Shown piece after piece: positions 58,529 to 64,000 of a stretch of DNA of 64,000 nucleotides. Position 1 is the first letter of the stretch. Every line of letters begins with the position of its first letter. The stretch lies in the NCBI GenBank assembly GCA_963764625.1, contig CAVXTH010000006.1, forward strand, positions 138,029 through 202,028, written 5' to 3'. The notes below the pieces were generated by a model. That model was not told where the DNA came from. It made no database searches and saw nothing but the letters and a program-made list of their open reading frames with translations. The position numbers were made by a program, and so were the translations under genes. The DNA comes from Candidatus Krumholzibacteriota bacterium. GTDB taxonomy: Bacteria; Krumholzibacteriota; Krumholzibacteriia; JAJRXK01.

Positions 58529-59950
58529 TCAGCGGTAGGTACGGAACCTCAGGATGGTCGATTCCCCGGGATCAACCCGCACCGTTTCGAAGGTCGCGGT
58601 GCGACCCACTCTTCCCGAATTATCGAGACATTCGACCACGACCCGATGCTCTCCGGCCGGGACCCGCAACTGCGCGATGTGAATGCGATCGGGAAGCATG
58701 CTCCAGGAGCGAGTGTCGGCTCGTTCGGTGGCCACTGAAGTGAGGTTGGCCAAGAACCCGGCAACCTGGCCCTTGTCCTTGGCTGCCTTGGTCATTCTCC
58801 ACTTGGCGAGAGCGCGGAGCATGGTCTTCAGGAGGCGCTTGCCGGCTCCTTCCTCGAAGGTGAGCTGGGCGATGGCGGAGACGTCTTCGGCCAGCTCCGT
58901 CTTCTGGCTGCGTCCGTCCGCCATCAAACGCGCGTGAGTGAGCTGTGGGGGAGTGGCGACCATGATCGGCATTGCGACCCGCAGCCAATACGCCACCTTC
59001 ACCTGCCTCTCCTTCTTGACCCAAACCTCGCGCCTGCCGCGCCGCGTGAGAACCGTCACCATCTCTCCATCGTCTCGGTCCTTGTCCGATTCGAGGATGG
59101 GGAAGAACACGGCATTCTCCTCGAGGTGATCCACGAACCCGCTTTCGTAGATCAAGATGATGCGCCCTTCGTTGCGAGCCAGCGGCTCGAGCTCGTCCGC
59201 GAGCTCGGGGCGGGCCTGCAGCATTGTGTTGGCCTCTTCGTTGAATCCGAATCGACGCGCCCAGCGGGTGTAGTCCAGAAGGAACTCTTGGGGCATCGGA
59301 GTGGAGAAGGTCCTCTCGTAGTTTTCGTAGGCCGCCATTCCGCGACGGGCTGCGACCATGGCCGAGTTCGCGTCCCGATCCTCTGCGAAGATCATCCCCG
59401 ACAGCCACTCCGCGAAAGCGTCATCGGTGTAGGCCTCCTTGTCGTCCCGAATCAGGGCGAGTTGGTCGAGGCGCAGGCCAGCTCGGCGGCATTCCACCAG
59501 AGCGTCCTGATGATTTCCTTCGAACAGGTAGTTCAGGGCTCCGTAGATGTGGAGCAGCACCTGCTCGTGGGGATAGCCGCTGTAAGGCAGGGTTCCGTCG
59601 TTGGTCAGAAACGCGAGGGCTTCGCCGCTGATGCTCTTGGTGAATTGATCTTCGATCTTGGAATCAGCGAGCTGGAAGGCCTGGTTGCTCTCGTCGTAGC
59701 GTTCCGCGTAGTGGTAGAGCAATCCGCGTTGCAAGAGGTTCAGAACGTCGGGGTCCTTTCCCCCCTTCTTCTCGGTGGCTTGCACCGCCTTGGGTAGATC
59801 CTCCTCCAATAGGTCGGAGCGTAGCTGATTGCTGAAACTGCTGTAGGTGGAACATGCGCCCAGACCCCAGACGGCGCCCAGAAGGAGGACGGTCCAGAGA
59901 AGCACGCGCCGCGAGCGGCGCGTGCCATGTTGCCACGACGGAAGAATCAT
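58529..59950 (-). CDS. Lipoprotein of unknown function (COG3014-like)
   Basis: ...LLWTVLLLGAVWGLGAC lipobox. 473 aa with no recognisable catalytic motif. Adjacent to the LpoB-like gene on the same strand. Confidence 0.5.
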   Translation of the reverse strand: MILPSWQHGTRRSRRVLLWTVLLLGAVWGLGACSTYSSFSNQLRSDLLEEDLPKAVQATEKKGGKDPDVLNLLQRGLLYHYAERYDESNQAFQLADSKIEDQFTKSISGEALAFLTNDGTLPYSGYPHEQVLLHIYGALNYLFEGNHQDALVECRRAGLRLDQLALIRDDKEAYTDDAFAEWLSGMIFAEDRDANSAMVAARRGMAAYENYERTFSTPMPQEFLLDYTRWARRFGFNEEANTMLQARPELADELEPLARNEGRIILIYESGFVDHLEENAVFFPILESDKDRDDGEMVTVLTRRGRREVWVKKERQVKVAYWLRVAMPIMVATPPQLTHARLMADGRSQKTELAEDVSAIAQLTFEEGAGKRLLKTMLRALAKWRMTKAAKDKGQVAGFLANLTSVATERADTRSWSMLPDRIHIAQLRVPAGEHRVVVECLDNSGRVGRTATFETVRVDPGESTILRFRTYR

Positions 59951-59960
59951 GCCGAATCGC

Positions 59961-60581
59961 TCAAGCCTTGTAGTTGCCCTTACCGATGTACTTCTTGATT
60001 TGCTTCTGACCGATCCAGACCTTCTCGTTGGTCTGGATGTCGATGAGCTCGAGATTGGTCTGATAGAAGATGACCTTGTCCTTGCCCTCTTCGTCGACGA
60101 TCGAACCCACCGAACCGATGAGCATGTAGTCGGCGCCGAGTTCTTTTCCCATCTGTTTCACGGTCGCGGGATCGGACCAGTCCTGCTGCGAATCGCGTTC
60201 CTCGCGGACCTCGCCCCGCTCGTCACGGGATGCGACCACGCGCACTCGTCCGCTATTGATAAACGCGACTTCGAGATTCTTGGTGAAGATGTTGGTGTCG
60301 ATGTGTTCGCTGCTGTTGTTGCGAACGGTTCCCACGATGACCGTCGGACGGTCGGTATGCGTGGCCTCGAAGCGCGCCAACCAGGGGTTGGCCAGGACCT
60401 GGGCGATCATTTCCTCCGAGACCAGACGGGAATCGGTATCGTTCCAATTTCCACTGATGTCCACCGTCGTGTCCGTGCCGATGCGCTGCACGGTCTTGCC
60501 CCCGCAGGCAGTCAAGGAAGCCAGGGCGGCGGCGAGGAACATCGAAAGGACGATTCCACGGGAAAGCGTCACTCGTGTCAT
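59961..60581 (-). CDS. LpoB-like lipoprotein (PBP-activator family, COG3417-like)
   Basis: ...MFLAAALASLTACGG lipobox. ...TVIVGTVRNNSSEHIDTNIF... and ...LGADYMLIGSVGSIVDEEGKDKVIFYQTNLELIDIQTNEKVWIGQ... resemble the LpoB C-terminal domain. Confidence 0.5.
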   Translation of the reverse strand: MTRVTLSRGIVLSMFLAAALASLTACGGKTVQRIGTDTTVDISGNWNDTDSRLVSEEMIAQVLANPWLARFEATHTDRPTVIVGTVRNNSSEHIDTNIFTKNLEVAFINSGRVRVVASRDERGEVREERDSQQDWSDPATVKQMGKELGADYMLIGSVGSIVDEEGKDKVIFYQTNLELIDIQTNEKVWIGQKQIKKYIGKGNYKA

Positions 60582-60882
60582 GAGATAGACCTCCATCGGG
60601 GCATGCAAACTCTACGATCCAGCTCTTGACGCGTCTGCAAAAGCCGCGCCAGCATTTCCAGGAGGCTAGCCCACGCCCGCGAAGAGCACAAGACAAGACG
60701 CGACGCGCAAGCAGGTGGTGAAAGCGAGGCGCCAGCGTTGTCCAAACACGGCGTCTGTGGTACAAAGAGGGCCAGTTTGAGCTTACGAGCCGACTTTCCC
60801 GAGCGGACCCCAATCCCTGCGGACTTCAGGCGACGCGTGCCCGTCGGCTGAGAGTCTCGCGATCTCGATCAGGAAGGCAGTC

Positions 60883-61665
60883 ATGGAGTTCCAAAACCTC
60901 TTGTACTCGGTGGAAGAGGGCATCGCCCTCGTCACCATCAATCGTCCCAAGGCTCTCAACGCGCTCAACCGCGAAACCATCGCCGAATTGGCCGCGCTCA
61001 TGGATGAACTGAGCAGCGACGAGGACGTGCACGCCATCATCCTGACCGGCGCGGGGGATAAGGCTTTCGTGGCCGGCGCCGACATCAAGGAACTGGCTGC
61101 GAACAGCGCGCTGGAGAGTAACGACCACTCGAAATTCGGTCAGAGCCTCATGGATCTCATCGAAGATCTCGGAGTTCCCACCATCGCCGCGATCAACGGC
61201 TTCGCGCTGGGGGGAGGGCTGGAACTGGCGATGGCCTGCACCTTCCGTCTCGCCAGCTCGCAAGCAAGATTGGGCCAACCGGAAGTGAACCTGGGCATCA
61301 TCCCGGGCTTCGGCGGGACCCAGCGTCTTCCACGCCTGGTGGGGCAGGGCCGCGCGCTTCACATGGTCCTTACCGGTGACCCCATCGACGCCCAGACCGC
61401 TCTGAACTACGGGCTGGTCACGGAGGTCCACCCGCCGGACGCCCTCCTGGACGCGGCCAGGAAGCTGGCCAAGAAGCTGGTCGCCAAGAGCTCATTCACG
61501 CTCCGGGTGGCCGAAGAGACGGTGCGCCACGGCATGCAGATGGCCTTGGCGGAGTCTCTGGCCTACGAGGCGAGTCAGTTCGGGCTGGCGGCGGCCGCGC
61601 AGGACTACCAGGAAGGCATGACGGCCTTTCTCGAGAAGCGGAAAGCGGAGTTTCACGGTCGCTGA
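60883..61665 (+). CDS. Enoyl-CoA hydratase (crotonase family)
   Basis: ...[12 protein letters not shown]..., ...[19 protein letters not shown]..., ...[20 protein letters not shown]... are crotonase-fold signatures. Confidence 0.9.
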   Translation: MEFQNLLYSVEEGIALVTINRPKALNALNRETIAELAALMDELSSDEDVHAIILTGAGDKAFVAGADIKELAANSALESNDHSKFGQSLMDLIEDLGVPTIAAINGFALGGGLELAMACTFRLASSQARLGQPEVNLGIIPGFGGTQRLPRLVGQGRALHMVLTGDPIDAQTALNYGLVTEVHPPDALLDAARKLAKKLVAKSSFTLRVAEETVRHGMQMALAESLAYEASQFGLAAAAQDYQEGMTAFLEKRKAEFHGR

Positions 61666-61710
61666 GCCGCCCGAAAAAGCAGACGGATGATCGTTCGTCG
61701 TTCGCGTGTG

Positions 61711-61734
61711 TTTCGGCTATATTATGGGCCGAAA
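61711..61734 (+). promoter_or_regulatory. Inverted repeat TTTCGGC-N10-GCCGAAA enclosing a TATATTAT element, ~70 nt upstream of thiolase paralog 3. Candidate operator/promoter.
   Basis: 7-bp perfect arms at 61711-61717 and 61728-61734. The AT-rich loop is TATATTATGG. Located in the 139-bp crotonase-thiolase intergenic gap. Confidence 0.3.
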
Positions 61735-61804
61735 TTCAGGCCGCGTACTGGCGATTTTCCCGTCGCGCCGCCATCCAAAACACAACTCGAAATGGAAGTG
61801 GGAC

Positions 61805-63031
61805 ATGTCAGTGGAGACCGCCTTCATCGTTGCCGGAGCGCGTACGCCCATGGCGGAGTGGGCAGGGGGCAAGACCGGCGAGGGCAAGCCGGGTGGGGCC
61901 TTCGCCCGGATCAGCGCCATCGACCTCGGGGTACACGCTTCACGCGCCGCTCTGCAGAAGAGCGGCATCACGGCGGACATGGTCGACGAAGTCGTGTTCG
62001 GCAATGCCCTGCAGACCTCTTCAGACGCGATCTACGGGGCGCGTCACGTGGGCCTGAAGGCCGGCGTGCCCAAAGAGCGCCCCGCTCTCACCGTGAACCG
62101 TCTCTGCGGATCGGGCATCGAGGCCGTGGTGCAAGCGGAGGCTCGTATTCAACTCGGACACAGCAAGATCGTCTTGGCCGGAGGCATGGAGAACCTCTCG
62201 CAGGCGCCCTTCGTCGTGCGCGGCGCGAGGCAGGGCATCAAGCTGGGTCAGGGCAAGCTGGAAGACTATCTGATGGCCTCGCTCATGGACTCGCACGCCA
62301 AGTGTTACATGGCCATCACGGCGGAAAATCTGGCACGAGACTTCTCCATTTCGCGCGAAGAACAGGACGTCTTCGCGCTTCGTTCGTTCAACGCGGCGGA
62401 GCGCGCCATCGAGACCGGGATCTTCGACGAGGAAGTGGCGCCGTTGGAGATTCCCATGGGCCGCTCCAAGAGCATGAACTTCAAACACGATGACCACTTC
62501 TTCCCCAACTGCACGATCGAGGGGCTGAGTAAGTTGCGCCCCGCCTTCGCGGAAGACGGATTCGTCACCCCTGGCAACGCGAGCGGACTGGTGGACGGCG
62601 CCGCCGCGGTGCTCGTCACCGGCGAGAGCACCGTGAACGAGAAAGGCTTGAATCCTCTGGCGAGAATCGTCACCCACGCGGTGGTCGGAGTCGAACCCAC
62701 GCGCATGGGAATCGGACCGGTGCCCGCCATCTTGGCCGTTTTGAAGAAGGCCGGCATTGCCCTCGATCAGGTGGACCGCTTCGAAATCAACGAGGCGTTC
62801 GCGGCCCAGTATCTCGCGGTGGAAAAGGAACTCGGACTCGACCGGGAGAAAGTGAACGTGAACGGCGGAGCCATCGCGATCGGGCATCCTCTGGCCGCCA
62901 CCGGAACCCGCCTGCTTCTGACCCTCGGCCTGGAACTGAGGCGCCAGAAACTGCGTTACGGAATCGCCAGCGCCTGCATCGGTGGTGGGCAGGGCATCGC
63001 GATGCTCATCGAGAATCCGCAAGTCGTGTGA
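61805..63031 (+). CDS. Acetyl-CoA acetyltransferase / 3-ketoacyl-CoA thiolase paralog 3
   Basis: [19 protein letters not shown]..., ...[11 protein letters not shown]..., ...[19 protein letters not shown]...[11 protein letters not shown]... Confidence 0.85.
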   Translation: MSVETAFIVAGARTPMAEWAGGKTGEGKPGGAFARISAIDLGVHASRAALQKSGITADMVDEVVFGNALQTSSDAIYGARHVGLKAGVPKERPALTVNRLCGSGIEAVVQAEARIQLGHSKIVLAGGMENLSQAPFVVRGARQGIKLGQGKLEDYLMASLMDSHAKCYMAITAENLARDFSISREEQDVFALRSFNAAERAIETGIFDEEVAPLEIPMGRSKSMNFKHDDHFFPNCTIEGLSKLRPAFAEDGFVTPGNASGLVDGAAAVLVTGESTVNEKGLNPLARIVTHAVVGVEPTRMGIGPVPAILAVLKKAGIALDQVDRFEINEAFAAQYLAVEKELGLDREKVNVNGGAIAIGHPLAATGTRLLLTLGLELRRQKLRYGIASACIGGGQGIAMLIENPQVV

Positions 63032-63089
63032 GGCGAAGCGCGTTGGGTATTGCGGACATGTCATTCCTGGGCGAAAGAGAGCTTCGATC

Positions 63090-64000
63090 ATGAGCACGGC
63101 TTTGAGTCAGCGCGAGGTGAAAGAAACGCGAGCGGAAGTGAGAATCGAGGGACGCATTCTCTATCTCACCGAAGATCCGGAGTTGATCCGCCAGCAGCTC
63201 GCGGGCGAGGACCTCGACTGGACCGAGGCGATGAAGCTGCGCGACAACATCTCGACCGACGAGATCACCCCCGCGTACATCTGCTACTACCACGACCAGA
63301 CTCTGGGCGACTTCCCTTACCTGGGACTCATGGCGGGCGGCGAATTTCCGGTAAGCGAGAAAAGCGTGCGGAAGGGTGGATTCGCGGTCTCGGTGAGCGG
63401 GAAGCGCCGGGGCAAGGGAAGCAGCCGCGAGCAATCTCCCTACGCTGAGATGATGGCCGGGATCAAGCTCGTGGTCGCCGAGAACATCGAACGCATCTAT
63501 CACCAGAACTGTCTCAACCTGGGAATGCTGGCTACCACCGACTTCTCCGTGCTCGAGCGGGTCAAGGCCGGCGAGACGATTCCCCTGAGCGTGTTCACCG
63601 AGGGAAAGGACGAGGTCACCCGACAGATCATCGAATACGGGGGGCTCTTCAATTTCAATCTGGCGCGACTGCAGGGTAAGGTAGTCATACCCGCCGTCGA
63701 GACAGCGCCCCGTCCCATGACGGTCGCCGACAAGATCTTCGCCCGTCACATGGTCACCGATCTCGCTGCAGACGAGGTGGGAGTGAAGGCGGTCGCGCCC
63801 GGCGACAGTGGTTTCGTGCGCTGCGACCTTCGCTTCTCGCACGAGTACGTGACCCCAATGGCGGCGATCTTCTACGAGAATCTGGTGGGGAAGGACGTGC
63901 CTCTGCGCGACAAGCAAAGTGTGGTGTTCTTTCGCGATCACCTCACCTTCCTCGAGATGGCCATGACCCAGGAGCGAATCGACGCGGGCCTGTTGAAGGT
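63090..64000 (+). CDS. Aconitase-family hydro-lyase, 5' part (window end). LeuD/swivel-type domain first, then the start of the catalytic domain (AcnB-like topology without HEAT domain).
   Basis: I translated 63090-64000 myself. ...LRDNISTDEITPAYICYY... and ...GKGSSREQSPYAEMMAGIKLVVAENIERIYHQNCLNLGML... give the swivel-domain signature. ...TVADKIFARHMV...GFVRCDLRFSHEYVTPMAAIF... is the opening of an aconitase large domain. No stop before the window end. Confidence 0.6.
   Translation, partial: MSTALSQREVKETRAEVRIEGRILYLTEDPELIRQQLAGEDLDWTEAMKLRDNISTDEITPAYICYYHDQTLGDFPYLGLMAGGEFPVSEKSVRKGGFAVSVSGKRRGKGSSREQSPYAEMMAGIKLVVAENIERIYHQNCLNLGMLATTDFSVLERVKAGETIPLSVFTEGKDEVTRQIIEYGGLFNFNLARLQGKVVIPAVETAPRPMTVADKIFARHMVTDLAADEVGVKAVAPGDSGFVRCDLRFSHEYVTPMAAIFYENLVGKDVPLRDKQSVVFFRDHLTFLEMAMTQERIDAGLLK

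Noticed and set aside
1-64000. Search for CRISPR arrays, tRNA/rRNA genes, integrases or transposases
   Set aside because: No direct-repeat/spacer periodicity, no tRNA-like cloverleaf candidates in the intergenic gaps, and no recombinase-like ORFs. The window appears to be core chromosome.

Overview
High-GC (~65%) bacterial chromosomal segment, densely coded on both strands. The rpsI-to-rseP block (ribosome and cell-envelope housekeeping genes) is conserved, but a small remnant of a Kir-type K+ channel sits between frr and uppS. After rseP come an Omp85-family gene, a TamB gene, and a third outer-membrane protein that joins a gluzincin-like peptidase domain, a TolB-type beta-propeller and an Omp85 barrel; I do not recognise that architecture. 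Further genes: a UvrD helicase, an M1 aminopeptidase with a T9SS-type sorting tail, secreted and lipoprotein genes (TPR, DUF5683-like, lamin-tail), and a MeaB-like GTPase with a degenerate G4 motif. There is a fatty-acid/butyrate beta-oxidation cluster (three tandem acyl-CoA dehydrogenases, three thiolases, a 3-hydroxyacyl-CoA dehydrogenase, an enoyl-CoA hydratase). Also present: ispH; a GldA/F/G-like ABC system with a DUF4340 gene; ygfZ-iscS-iscA; pepA; oppABC; xseAB; an OPT transporter; a propionyl-CoA carboxylase operon with mce; a large secreted CBM48 protein; an LpoB-like lipoprotein pair; and the 5' part of an aconitase-family gene. At least five genes between 38 and 57 kb have frame breaks, several of them at short homopolymer runs, so I suspect sequencing or assembly indels. 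No rRNA, tRNA or CRISPR was seen. The T9SS tail and Gld-like genes suggest an FCB-group lineage (Gemmatimonadota- or Rhodothermota-like); this is inference only.
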